DNA of 64,000 nucleotides from Candidatus Saccharimonadia bacterium (GTDB taxonomy: Bacteria > Patescibacteriota > Saccharimonadia > CAILAD01 > CAZGYV01). Of the stretch, positions 17,735 through 27,701 are shown piece after piece. The stretch spans positions 94,955 through 158,954 of the forward strand of contig JAYRII010000012.1 of NCBI GenBank assembly GCA_041906885.1. The letters are read 5' to 3'. Under the pieces are notes generated by a model, which saw only the letters and a program-made list of their open reading frames with translations, ran no database searches and was not told the DNA's origin. The position numbers and the translations under genes are program-made. Within the stretch, counting starts at the first letter, position 1; the number at the start of each line of letters is the position of its first letter.

Positions 17735-20392
17735 CTATTTTTCTACACGTTCATGTGGCTTAGCTGGTTGTCTGGCTTTATGGTGTTTTCTTTTGTGTCC
17801 AGCATCATTTGGAGAAGATTTTTTCAGTTGCTGACTATAGATTTTAGGCTCAATTCCAGAAATGTTTGGTTTTTGTACAACTGTAGGGATGAGTGGTTGT
17901 TCTCCTAGCTCTACCTGATTATCATCAGATTTTGATTGTTCGGCCTTAAATCCAGACCATTTAGATATTTCTGCCTCCACCTCGGACTTAGTTTTACTAT
18001 AGTGGGATCTAGATGTTTGAACGATACTATCTGTTAAATCCCTATGAGGTGCTGGCATCGGTAAAGTTTTAGCTGAAAACGGGATAGATGTTTGGCCATC
18101 AATACTCATCGAGACATAGATATTTTGTATGTTGAGGTTGACCAAGTCATTAGACTCAAATGTCGGTTCAAAATATTTAGTTAGGAAGGTGGCATCGGCT
18201 GCACCAATCCTAAAGCTAACCATCGAGCCGACATTACCAAAGACAGCTTCTCTAACCTCTTCGGGCATTTGCCCGACGTATTGGTTGGCAACAGTCAGGA
18301 ATAGTCCATACTTCCTGGCCTCACTTAGGATGACAGCGAACGATTCGGTGGCGAAGTTCTGGAATTCATCGACGTAAAGGTAAAATGATCGTCTCTCATC
18401 AAAGCTGATATTAGCCCTACTCATGGCTGCAAGTTGAATCTTGGTAATGACTAAAGCACCCAAGATCGAAGCATTGTCCTCGCCCAGTCTGCCGCGAGAT
18501 AAGTCGACAATCAGGATTTTACCTTGATCCATGATCTGGCGGATATCAAAGCTTGATTTAACTTGGCCAAGTACATTTCTAATGAGAGGATTGGCTGTGA
18601 AAGCCCCTACCTTATTGAGGACTGGTGCAACCGCTTCTGAGGCGAATTTATCATTCCAGCTAGCAAACTCATTCACCCAAAAAGCTTTTACCACCGGGTC
18701 AGTTACACTTCCTACGACCTGCTTACGGTACCCCTTATCGGTCAGCATGCGGGTGATGCCGAGCATGGTTGCATCCGGTGTCTCTAGGAGTGCTAAGAGT
18801 GTAAAACGCAAAATGTGTTCTAAACGCGGACCCCATGAGTCGGCAAACATTTTCTTTAACACGCCGACGATCTCCGAAGCAATCGAAGCTCGCATATTGG
18901 GATCGCTGTTTTCCATCGGGTTAAATGATATCGGAAAGTCTAAATCAGACGGGTTGAAATATATCACATCGTCAACCCGATGTTCGGGTATATATTTCAT
19001 GACATCCTGAGCATAGTCACCGTGCGGATCAACCACCGCGAAGCCGTGATCATGGTATATGTCTGACAAGGTTAATAGCTGGAGTAAAAATGATTTACCA
19101 ACACCCGACTTACCGATAATGTAGAGATGCCGTTTGCGGTCTTCTCTTTTGATGCCAAACTTGACATTCCCCTGTCTAAATGTAGTCGTACCAATTAAAC
19201 TAATATCCTCCGCTCTGGTATTTTCGCCCGTCGGTAAATTCGTCGGCGGCTCCCCTACTTTAGTGGTCGTCCAGGCTATATTTGGCGTCTCAACTGAGAT
19301 ATGTGGTAGGTGCCAGAGGCTAGCTAACTCTTCAATATTGAGAACGAAACCAGGATCGTCGAAAAGCCTAGCCCGGTATTCATCCAAGCTGTCAGGTTTA
19401 TTGTCTATCCCCTTACCGATAAAACCATTCAGGTTGATGGTATTAAATTGTTTAAAACCTCCGACCAATGCTTGCAGACGTTGTTTGGCTACATTCCCAT
19501 CGGTACCAATATAGGTTGTTCGTATTTTGACCGCATAGCCTAGCTTCTGGGCCTTAGTTTCGATGGCGGTGTTGACGGTGGTTTGGCCGGTTGGCAGTTC
19601 TTTCTTGTCCTCCTTCTTCTTATCCTCCGGCTTGGCCGGGCCAACGAAGGCAGCTTTGGCGAGCATGCCGAGTAGTCTAAATGGCAAGATTAAAATTTTC
19701 TTTTCCCAATTATCAAATAGATTAGTTCGACCGCCATTTTTGATCGATTCGATATAGCTATGCGATCGAGCGTGCCAACTGTCATCGACTGGTCTAATTA
19801 ATATCTGTAGCCACATTTCCTCACTACCTTCTAGAGTGGCAAGAGCGGTCGTAATGCCTGCGAGAGGGTCTACCTCAAAAGTAGGAAATGTTCGAATTGG
19901 AAAAATTTCATCTTTCGAGAGAGCTATTTCAGTCGTATAACCTTCTCGATCATTAAGGTCTTGCTTGGCATAATCATCATCCATCTGATTGATCTGGACT
20001 GTTGGATATTGAGCATAAATTTGGCTCTCAACGTAGCCTTTGAGTGCTTTGGGTAGCCAAACATAAAAATTTATCAGATTTTTTTCAGCTGCAATCTCAA
20101 AGCTAATATGGTCTTGCAGACTACCTTCTGAGGTAATCTGACTCTTGGGTTTTAAAATATTGTGCAAACTGGCAAATAACTGCTCGGCTGAAAGCTCTTT
20201 TTTTTCATTGTCCTTTGGTACGACAATATGCAGTATAATATGCTCACTACTGGTGACGTAGCGGACGCGCCGCCTGTTTTGCCAAATTTGCCAAGCAAAA
20301 TAAGCTGCTACAAGTGTCCAGCCCCAATATTTAAAGAGTACTGTACCTATTAATGACAGAATTAGTCCTAGTACGTTTAGAATTATGTCCAT
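17735..20392 (-). CDS. Membrane-anchored VirD4/TraG/DUF87-like ATPase (CPR-conserved type)
   Basis: RHLYIIGKSGVGKS (Walker A), VDPHGD, LYVDEFQNF (Walker B), SEARKY and GNVGS. Confidence 0.88.
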   Translation of the reverse strand: MDIILNVLGLILSLIGTVLFKYWGWTLVAAYFAWQIWQNRRRVRYVTSSEHIILHIVVPKDNEKKELSAEQLFASLHNILKPKSQITSEGSLQDHISFEIAAEKNLINFYVWLPKALKGYVESQIYAQYPTVQINQMDDDYAKQDLNDREGYTTEIALSKDEIFPIRTFPTFEVDPLAGITTALATLEGSEEMWLQILIRPVDDSWHARSHSYIESIKNGGRTNLFDNWEKKILILPFRLLGMLAKAAFVGPAKPEDKKKEDKKELPTGQTTVNTAIETKAQKLGYAVKIRTTYIGTDGNVAKQRLQALVGGFKQFNTINLNGFIGKGIDNKPDSLDEYRARLFDDPGFVLNIEELASLWHLPHISVETPNIAWTTTKVGEPPTNLPTGENTRAEDISLIGTTTFRQGNVKFGIKREDRKRHLYIIGKSGVGKSFLLQLLTLSDIYHDHGFAVVDPHGDYAQDVMKYIPEHRVDDVIYFNPSDLDFPISFNPMENSDPNMRASIASEIVGVLKKMFADSWGPRLEHILRFTLLALLETPDATMLGITRMLTDKGYRKQVVGSVTDPVVKAFWVNEFASWNDKFASEAVAPVLNKVGAFTANPLIRNVLGQVKSSFDIRQIMDQGKILIVDLSRGRLGEDNASILGALVITKIQLAAMSRANISFDERRSFYLYVDEFQNFATESFAVILSEARKYGLFLTVANQYVGQMPEEVREAVFGNVGSMVSFRIGAADATFLTKYFEPTFESNDLVNLNIQNIYVSMSIDGQTSIPFSAKTLPMPAPHRDLTDSIVQTSRSHYSKTKSEVEAEISKWSGFKAEQSKSDDNQVELGEQPLIPTVVQKPNISGIEPKIYSQQLKKSSPNDAGHKRKHHKARQPAKPHERVEK

Positions 20393-20454
20393 ATTATAGT
20401 TGCTTTTTTGCCCTCTCTATTGTCTAGATCGATGCTACTTACTTAAGTCAAACC

Positions 20455-21486
20455 TTAGCTTTGTTTGAGCTGATAAGTTGCTTTACTGATGCGTTCGAAT
20501 TGAGGCTTTTCTTGTAGGTTAAGTGCGATGGTTGTGACTTTTACCTGACGACGAGCTAATACCCGACGAACGATTTCGTCCTTTGTGAGCGGAGATTCTT
20601 CTTTCAATATACTCTCTATAATATCAGCAACAGTGCCGGCTTGGTAGCCCCATTCTGCTAAGGCGTATATGCCGCGTCCGATTAGGACAAATCTTTTATC
20701 CTTAATTAGTTCATTGTGGACGGCTTGCGTGGTGACTTTTTTGGGATTTGCTTCAACTTGACTAATTTTCTTTGCAATTTGAGAAAAATGCATCGGTTTG
20801 TGAGATTTATTTAAGACCAAATAAACTTTATCTCGAATACTTTTTGGATTAACTTCAGGCCATTGGGCTAAGCCCCACATCGAGTCTAACTCAGAGATGA
20901 GATTAGAACTAATCGCAAGCTGCCTTAATGCAGTTGATTTGTGCGGACCATCGATTTTTTTGGCGAAATTGTCAAAGACATCGGGTTGTCCATAGGTCTT
21001 GATGGCTGTTATTAGTTTTTCATGCAAAAGAGCAACATCACTTGGATTATACATCTCGCCCAATACCACAATTGTGTCATGGTTGTCATTTCGATCGATT
21101 AGATTAAATCCGGGATCTAGCTTGATTAGGAAGCTTAATTTGGCCTTATTATCAGGGTAAATCTTAAGTTTATTAGACAAATCTTCAAATGTAATAATAC
21201 CACCTTCATCGGTCAGAACTTCAGTAATTTTTTGATTGAGCTGGTTATTAAAGGACTGCTCTTTTTGGATCCGACTCATAGCCGCTTTCTCGATTTGGCG
21301 AACGCGTTCTCGGGTGATACCAAGTTGAGTTCCAATTTGCTCTAGCGTATAAGAATTAGCAACATCAATACCATGTCGCTTAATTAGAATATCCCGATCT
21401 CGATCCTTCTTGAGGTAGTTCAAAGAATCTTGAATCAGGTCATCTAAGTTTTCTAGCTGTTGTATTTGAGTAGTATTTTGCTGCAT
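20455..21486 (-). CDS. Protein with a sigma70 region-4-like HTH and C-terminal HARE-HTH/RNAP delta-like domains
   Basis: YTLEQIGTQLGITRERVRQIE, KPMHFSQI and VHNELIKDKRFVLIGRGIYAL. Confidence 0.8.
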   Translation of the reverse strand: MQQNTTQIQQLENLDDLIQDSLNYLKKDRDRDILIKRHGIDVANSYTLEQIGTQLGITRERVRQIEKAAMSRIQKEQSFNNQLNQKITEVLTDEGGIITFEDLSNKLKIYPDNKAKLSFLIKLDPGFNLIDRNDNHDTIVVLGEMYNPSDVALLHEKLITAIKTYGQPDVFDNFAKKIDGPHKSTALRQLAISSNLISELDSMWGLAQWPEVNPKSIRDKVYLVLNKSHKPMHFSQIAKKISQVEANPKKVTTQAVHNELIKDKRFVLIGRGIYALAEWGYQAGTVADIIESILKEESPLTKDEIVRRVLARRQVKVTTIALNLQEKPQFERISKATYQLKQS

Positions 21487-21583
21487 GAATATTGTTGGCC
21501 TAGGGCACTTTATGAGTAGAGTTATATACCGATAAATTATATCATCTAAGTGCTATTTGGTCAACAAATTCTGGCAGTATGAA

Positions 21584-23536
21584 TTAATGATTTTGTTGGT
21601 TAGGTTTTGTCCATGTTGCATAATCACAATCTGGATAACGACTACAACCGTAAAATTTACGACCCTTTTTGGTTTTTTTCTCAACCACTTCACCATCTTG
21701 ACATTTCGGACAGGCCAGACCAATAGATTTGACAATTGGCTTGGTATTTTTACATTCGGGCCAGCCAGAACAGGCCAAAAATTGACCAAATCTGCCAGAT
21801 TTTATGACCATTGGCTTACCACATAGCTCGCATTTTTCATCTGTCATAATGACTGGTATTTTAACGCGTTCGATAGAGTCTGTCTTTTCTTGGACTAATT
21901 TTTCCATAGGCGTGTAAAAATCTCTAACCACCGGTTGCCAGCTTTCTTTACCATCTGCGATATCGTCTAATTTATCCTCCATTTGGGCAGTAAATTCAGG
22001 CTCGGTCACAAATTCGAAGTTTTGACTCAATAAATCACTGACAATTATGCCGATTGATTGAGGAATCAGTCGCTTCTCTTCGCTAACGACATAGCCTCGA
22101 CTTTGAATGGTAGAAATTGTTGGGGCATAGGTGCTTGGTCGACCAACTCCCTCTGACTCAAGTTTTTTAACCAGGCTGGCTTCGGAGTAGCGAGCTGGTG
22201 GCTGGGTGAAATGTTGTTCTGTGCGAACAGACTCGAGGTTGAGAGATTCATTTTTGGTTAATTCTGGTAAAATTTGTGGCTCATTCTTTTTACTATTGCC
22301 CCAGACCTTCGTAAAGCCATCAAAAAGCACGATTCGACCGGTTGATCGCAAGGTATATTGCCCGGCTACTACATCGATGCCGTTTTGCTGGTAATGCGCC
22401 TCATTCATTTGTGATGCGACAGCTCTTTGCCATATTAGTCGGTAGAGCTTCAATTCATCACTCTTTAGGCTGCTCTCAAGCGACTGGGGGCTTTTGAAGA
22501 AGTCAGTTGGTCTAATGGCTTCATGGGCCTCTTGGGCACCTTTTGATTTCTTCTTATAAAATCGTGGCTTAGTTGGCAGATAGTTGTCGCCGTATTGTTT
22601 TTTGATAAGCTTTCTAACCTGTTCCATTGCAATATCACTAATATTGGTTGAGTCTGTTCGCATATAACTAATTAGGCCACCCTCATAGAGCTTCTGAGCT
22701 ATGCTCATTGTTCTGCGTGTGTCATAGCCGAGTCTGGAATACGCTGATTGTTGCAAGGTGGAAGTAATAAATGGTGGTAGCGGGCTTTTTCGGCTTTCCT
22801 TTGAATCTATCGATGAGACCACATAGCTGGCTTTTTTCAGATCAGCTTCAATGTCTTTAGCATCATTTTCAGTCCTTACGACCGCCTTTTTGTTGTCGAT
22901 TTTGGTTAGTTCGGCCGCAAAAACTTCGCTTTTAGCTGTTTTTAAGTCAGAAAAGATTTGCCAGTATTCTTCTGCTTTAAAAGCTTCTATTTCGCGTTCA
23001 CGATCGACGATAAATTTTAATGCCACTGATTGTACTCGTCCAGCGGACAGACCATATCTAATTTTTTTCCAAAGCACTGGTGACAGACTGTATCCGACCA
23101 GTCGGTCTAAGATTCGTCGGGCTTGCTGAGCGTCCACTAAGTTTTGGTTAAGCTTTCTTGGATGGGTAATCGCCGCCTTGATGGCTGACTCAGTAATTTC
23201 TGAGAAAGTGATTCGTTTGACTGTTTGCTCGGAAGTTGGCGGAACGGCCTGGATGATATGCCAAGCAATTGCTTCCCCTTCTCTGTCAAGGTCAGTGGCC
23301 AGATAAATGGTTTGGGCCTGGTGGATTTGTTTCTTGAGCTCATTAATTCTTTTGGCGCTACCACGCGGTATCATATATTCTGGCGTAAAATTATGATCGA
23401 CATCAATGCCGAGCTTGGACTTGGGTAAGTCGCGAACATGGCCAAAACTAGCCACCACTTGGTAGTCCTTACCAAGATAGCCTTCAATGGTGGCAGCCTT
23501 TGCGGGACTTTCTACTATTACAAGATTTTTAGACAT
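21584..23536 (-). CDS. topA: DNA topoisomerase I
   Basis: LVIVESPAKA, ATDLDREGE, SAGRVQS, SYMRTDS and C-terminal zinc ribbons. Confidence 0.97.
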   Translation of the reverse strand: MSKNLVIVESPAKAATIEGYLGKDYQVVASFGHVRDLPKSKLGIDVDHNFTPEYMIPRGSAKRINELKKQIHQAQTIYLATDLDREGEAIAWHIIQAVPPTSEQTVKRITFSEITESAIKAAITHPRKLNQNLVDAQQARRILDRLVGYSLSPVLWKKIRYGLSAGRVQSVALKFIVDREREIEAFKAEEYWQIFSDLKTAKSEVFAAELTKIDNKKAVVRTENDAKDIEADLKKASYVVSSIDSKESRKSPLPPFITSTLQQSAYSRLGYDTRRTMSIAQKLYEGGLISYMRTDSTNISDIAMEQVRKLIKKQYGDNYLPTKPRFYKKKSKGAQEAHEAIRPTDFFKSPQSLESSLKSDELKLYRLIWQRAVASQMNEAHYQQNGIDVVAGQYTLRSTGRIVLFDGFTKVWGNSKKNEPQILPELTKNESLNLESVRTEQHFTQPPARYSEASLVKKLESEGVGRPSTYAPTISTIQSRGYVVSEEKRLIPQSIGIIVSDLLSQNFEFVTEPEFTAQMEDKLDDIADGKESWQPVVRDFYTPMEKLVQEKTDSIERVKIPVIMTDEKCELCGKPMVIKSGRFGQFLACSGWPECKNTKPIVKSIGLACPKCQDGEVVEKKTKKGRKFYGCSRYPDCDYATWTKPNQQNH

Positions 23537-23655
23537 ATACTCCTAGTATGCTAATGGTTATGTTTGTTTAGCGCAAGTCATATATATTTGTTTTAAAAAA
23601 GACACATGGCGCGCAAAGTCAGACTTTAGCAATCTTTAGCTATTTTGTCAAAAAG

Positions 23656-24501
23656 CTATCTGATAATCCATGTGCCACCACCAATATTGCGGATCTTGCC
23701 TGTAATTTCCATCAGTGAAATCAGATGAGCAAACTGAGCTGCCTCCATGCCAGTTTGCTCGATGAGAGCTTGATTAGAGCTTACTCCACGATCAATTAAA
23801 CCAATGATAGTCTCCTCCTCAATAGAATCGGCTTTGATTGGCTTGGTGGTGAGCTTGGGGCTAACCAATCCGAGCTGGGTAAGGACATCAATACCACTCG
23901 TTACAGCGATCGCACCCATCTTAATTAGGTCATTTGGACCGCAGCTTCTGGGACTAAAAATATTACCAGGCACAGCCATAACCTGCCTATTTTCCTGCAA
24001 GGCAAAATTAGCAGTGATCAGCGAACCACTTTTACTCTCTGCCTCAGTTACAATTGTGGCTAGACTCATCCCGGCAATTATTCTATTGCGGGCAGGAAAA
24101 TGAGATTTAAATGGCTGCACACCAATGTCATATTCTGAGATGAGGCAGCCGCCACTAGCGACAATATTTTGAGCCAGAGGCTTATTGATTGAAGGATAGA
24201 TTGTATCCAACCCACATCCAAGTACAGCAATAGTCACGCCACCGGCATCGATGGCGGCCTGATGGGCAACCGCATCAATGCCAAGTGCTAGGCCGCTGAC
24301 AATTACCAGCCCAGCTTTTGCCAGGTCATGACTCAATCTATAGGTAGCTTGCTTGCCGTAATCGGACATCTTTCTGGTGCCAACGATTGCGACCATGGGT
24401 AAGTCAGGCAACTTCCCAACAATATGTAGCTCTTTCGGCGGCTGGGCAATTTCCGCTAAAAGCGATGGATATTGGTTGCTATTTTTACTAATACGTTTCA
24501 T
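23656..24501 (-). CDS. dprA: DNA processing protein DprA
   Basis: AIVGTR, VSGLALGID, FPARNRII and SGSLITA. Confidence 0.95.
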   Translation of the reverse strand: MKRISKNSNQYPSLLAEIAQPPKELHIVGKLPDLPMVAIVGTRKMSDYGKQATYRLSHDLAKAGLVIVSGLALGIDAVAHQAAIDAGGVTIAVLGCGLDTIYPSINKPLAQNIVASGGCLISEYDIGVQPFKSHFPARNRIIAGMSLATIVTEAESKSGSLITANFALQENRQVMAVPGNIFSPRSCGPNDLIKMGAIAVTSGIDVLTQLGLVSPKLTTKPIKADSIEEETIIGLIDRGVSSNQALIEQTGMEAAQFAHLISLMEITGKIRNIGGGTWIIR

Positions 24502-24584
24502 TGTTAGGTTCTTTTTTAGGTGGTCTTAGTGGCAAAATTGAAGACTTATTTATTCTTTTAATAAATGTAATAGCTTAAAAAGTA

Positions 24585-24613
24585 TTGACAAATATTACAA
24601 CTAATGTTACTAT
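24585..24613 (+). promoter_or_regulatory. Near-consensus sigma70 promoter with no substantial downstream ORF
   Basis: TTGACA (24585-24590), 17-nt spacer, TG-n-TACTAT (24608-24613). Confidence 0.75.
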
Positions 24614-24619
24614 ACATAA

Positions 24620-24825
24620 GCCTTTTTTTGAAGGTGGAAATCTGTCTCGCGAGGTTTAACCTAAATCTCACCCTCCTTTAGGTTTACTCGAGGGGCAGAT
24701 TCCCCCCTTTAATGACCACGGTTTATAGAATATTTAAGAAACCGGCAAACTCCCGTATGGGTGGCATTAGAGGGTGTTTAAAAACAGACCAGCTAGACTA
24801 ACCAGGCTGGTCTGTTTCTATTTTG
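24620..24825 (+). ncRNA. Candidate ~200-nt structured small RNA
   Basis: Bounded by a promoter and a terminator. Long hairpin at 24631-24709, second domain at 24710-24769, and loop CACCCTC complementary to GAGGGTG (24770-24776). Confidence 0.55.
24781..24824. terminator. Probable bidirectional intrinsic terminator
   Basis: AAACAGACCAGC/GCTGGTCTGTTT stem with A/T tracts on both sides, between the candidate sRNA and the convergent pth. Confidence 0.7.
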
Positions 24826-24862
24826 TACGGTATTACACCGATTTGCAAGCTAAACTGCAATC

Positions 24863-25429
24863 CTAATCAATCAATTGATATGAGGTGTGCTTGGGTTCTC
24901 CGTTAATCCCATCAATTATCTTCTCTGCTACCTGACTGCAGATAGTGTCTAAATGCTTCTTTTCAATATCAGTAAATTGACTTAGGACAAATTTTTCACT
25001 GGTGACTTTTGAGCTGAATTTATTGTGAATGCCAACCCGAAAGCGAATATAATCCTCTCCAATTGCTTGAGAGATTGATTTAATGCCATTATGGCCGGCC
25101 GAACCGCCTCCTTTACGAATCCGCATTTGACCAAATTCTAGGGCCAGTTCGTCGTGAACAATCCAGATATCTTCGGCAGATATCTTATAGAAATTTGCCA
25201 CTAGTCCGACGGCCTGGCCAGAGTTATTCATAAATGTTGATGGTTTGAAAAGGATTATTTTCTGGTTTGATTTACTAGTTTCTGTGATCTGGCCGATAAA
25301 TTTTGGACTGTTGGCAAACTTCAGTATAGCCAGCTCCGATGCCAGCCTATCCAAAATCAAATACCCAAGATTGTGACGCGTATTGATATACTCTTGACCT
25401 GGATTGCCCAGACCTACTATCAATTTCAT
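24863..25429 (-). CDS. pth: Peptidyl-tRNA hydrolase
   Basis: LIVGLGNPG, TRHNLG, KPSTFMNNSG and GGSAGHNG. Confidence 0.96.
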   Translation of the reverse strand: MKLIVGLGNPGQEYINTRHNLGYLILDRLASELAILKFANSPKFIGQITETSKSNQKIILFKPSTFMNNSGQAVGLVANFYKISAEDIWIVHDELALEFGQMRIRKGGGSAGHNGIKSISQAIGEDYIRFRVGIHNKFSSKVTSEKFVLSQFTDIEKKHLDTICSQVAEKIIDGINGEPKHTSYQLID

Positions 25430-25453
25430 AGTTGGCTTTGCTCGTCTACTAAA

Positions 25454-26767
25454 CTATTTATTCTTACATTCTATTATAATTGGAGTGCCGCTATATTCAT
25501 ACGCTTTGCGGAGCTGGTTTTCAATATAGCGCAAGTACGAAAAGTGAATTTGCTCCGGATAGCTGGAAAATAAACTAAAAATCGGCGGCTTGGTGCCCTT
25601 TTGAACAGCATATTTCAGCTTTGGTCGCTTGCCTTTTAAGCCGGCTGGGGGCTGTTTAGCAACTGCTTCTGCAATAATATTATTGAGTAACTTGGTAGGT
25701 ATTTGTGTTTGACGATTCAATTCGACTTGTGTAATTATATCCAGTAATTTATCGTTGTTTTGACCGGTTTTGGCTGATGAAAAAATTAATGGTGCCCACC
25801 ACACAAATTGATAGTTGGCCGTAATCAGTCTGGTCAGGCGAGCCATTGATTTATCATCCTTGTTATAAAATGCGTCCCACTTGCTAACCACTAGGATTAG
25901 GCCTTTGCCAGCTTCTTTGACTAGACCAGCAATTTTTTGATCTTGGCTGGTAAGCGGCTCATTAACATCTATTAAAAGCAGGCAAACGTCACTATCATTA
26001 ATAGCTTTTGATGTCCTAAGACTCGAAAAATACTCGATATCCCGACCTATTTTACCGGGTCGGCGCAGACCGGCCGTATCAGCAAATTCAATTATTTGTC
26101 CATTGTGTTCGACTGCACCATAATTAACGTCTCGAGTGGTGCCTGCAACCGGCCCAGTAATTGCTAAGCGCTGTCCAGACAAGCTATTGAGCAAGCTAGA
26201 TTTGCCGACATTCGGCCGGCCTAGAATGGCAACCTTGAGTTTAGTTAGATGCTCGATCTTTTGACCGGCTGGCAGATAATCAGTGATTTGGTCTAATAGG
26301 TCGCCCGAGCCAGTTCCAGAGATAGCAGCAATGGTTTGAATTTGTTTAATGCCAAGCTGAGAAAAATATTTAGCTGGCTGCAATTTTTTCGCTTGATCGG
26401 CTTTATTTACGGCTAATATACAAGGTTTTTTACTTTTTAGCGATTGACGAGCTAATCCGCGATCGTATTCGTTTAAAGTGGCCGTACCGTCAATGACTAA
26501 AACGATGACATCGGCTAGATCTAGGGCGTGATCTATGAGCCTGACCGCCTCTTTGATGAGAGGGTCGTTACTCTTATTAAGGCCGGCCGTGTCGATAAGC
26601 TCAAACTGCTTGTCACGCCATTTGACCGTAGTGTAAACCAAATCGCGAGTTGTATTGGCAATATCTGAGATGATTGCTTGCTTAGCACCTGCTAGACGAT
26701 TAAATAAGGTTGATTTACCAACATTAGGTTGGCCAATAATTACTACTTTGAGGGATTTTTGATTCAT
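25454..26767 (-). CDS. der: Ribosome biogenesis GTPase Der (EngA)
   Basis: Two G domains (GQPNVGKS, GRPNVGKS, DTAG twice) and a KH-like C-terminus. Confidence 0.95.
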   Translation of the reverse strand: MNQKSLKVVIIGQPNVGKSTLFNRLAGAKQAIISDIANTTRDLVYTTVKWRDKQFELIDTAGLNKSNDPLIKEAVRLIDHALDLADVIVLVIDGTATLNEYDRGLARQSLKSKKPCILAVNKADQAKKLQPAKYFSQLGIKQIQTIAAISGTGSGDLLDQITDYLPAGQKIEHLTKLKVAILGRPNVGKSSLLNSLSGQRLAITGPVAGTTRDVNYGAVEHNGQIIEFADTAGLRRPGKIGRDIEYFSSLRTSKAINDSDVCLLLIDVNEPLTSQDQKIAGLVKEAGKGLILVVSKWDAFYNKDDKSMARLTRLITANYQFVWWAPLIFSSAKTGQNNDKLLDIITQVELNRQTQIPTKLLNNIIAEAVAKQPPAGLKGKRPKLKYAVQKGTKPPIFSLFSSYPEQIHFSYLRYIENQLRKAYEYSGTPIIIECKNK

Positions 26768-26768
26768 A

Positions 26769-27701
26769 TTATTTCCAGGTGTGATTTGCAAACGCCCAGT
26801 CTAACATATTTTTACTCTCTTGAAAACGGTCTGGGCTGTTTAAAACTACAGCCAGAAGCTGATGATTATCCTTTTGAGCAAATGAAATCAGGGTTTGGCC
26901 AGCCTCGGTGGTAAAACCGGTTTTAATACCGTGGATGTAGTTATAACCGAGCAGTTTGTTTGTATTAGTTAGGACATATTCTTTGCCGTCTTTATTCTTG
27001 GCGGTATAGCTTGGTGTATCAACGATTTTTCTAAAATCATCATTTTGCATTAAGATGGTGGCAAGAGTGATTAGATCAGACGCGCTTGAATAGTGATTAT
27101 TTTCGTCGAGTCCAGTCGGGTTGACGAAATGAGTATTTTTCAGACCCCATAATTTGGCTTGATTATTCATTTTGGTGATAAATTTACCTCTTGAGCCAGT
27201 ATCCCAGGTGGCTAGGGATTCAGCCATATCATTTGCAGATGATATAAGCATGGCCCGCAAGGCTTCGTCCAAGCTAAATTTCTCACCGGCCTTTAATCCC
27301 ACCTGCTCGCCATCAGTCGGTAATGATATTACTTTGGGGATTGTGATAGTTTCATTTAATTGATGGCCATTTAGTATAACTAAGGCTGTAGCAATTTTTG
27401 TAATTGATGCAATTGGCATTTTTTCATCAGCTTTTTTTTGATATAGAAATTGAGCCGAGTCAAGATCATAAACAGCCGCTGCTTTTGCCGCCGCTTCGTA
27501 GCTGACGGCCGATTCATTCCGATATGGAAAAGCTTTATATGCTAAGCCCGGCTTGTTGGCCGGCTGTAGGCTGTTGTTCTGATTTGTTTGAATGACACGC
27601 TCAGCTATCTGCTTGTGCAAGCGGCTAAAAATATTGCCGTTTGGTAATAAAGCAGCCAGTAGAGTTAGTACGATGGCGTATTGACTGATCAGCTGATTCA
27701 T
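26769..27701 (-). CDS. D-alanyl-D-alanine carboxypeptidase (peptidase S11)
   Basis: PIASITK, SAN, FVNPTGLD and KTGFT. Confidence 0.9.
   Translation of the reverse strand: MNQLISQYAIVLTLLAALLPNGNIFSRLHKQIAERVIQTNQNNSLQPANKPGLAYKAFPYRNESAVSYEAAAKAAAVYDLDSAQFLYQKKADEKMPIASITKIATALVILNGHQLNETITIPKVISLPTDGEQVGLKAGEKFSLDEALRAMLISSANDMAESLATWDTGSRGKFITKMNNQAKLWGLKNTHFVNPTGLDENNHYSSASDLITLATILMQNDDFRKIVDTPSYTAKNKDGKEYVLTNTNKLLGYNYIHGIKTGFTTEAGQTLISFAQKDNHQLLAVVLNSPDRFQESKNMLDWAFANHTWK

Noticed and set aside
24740-24768. GGCAAAC as a c-di-GMP-I riboswitch
   Set aside because: The rest of the consensus is missing and there is no downstream gene on that strand.
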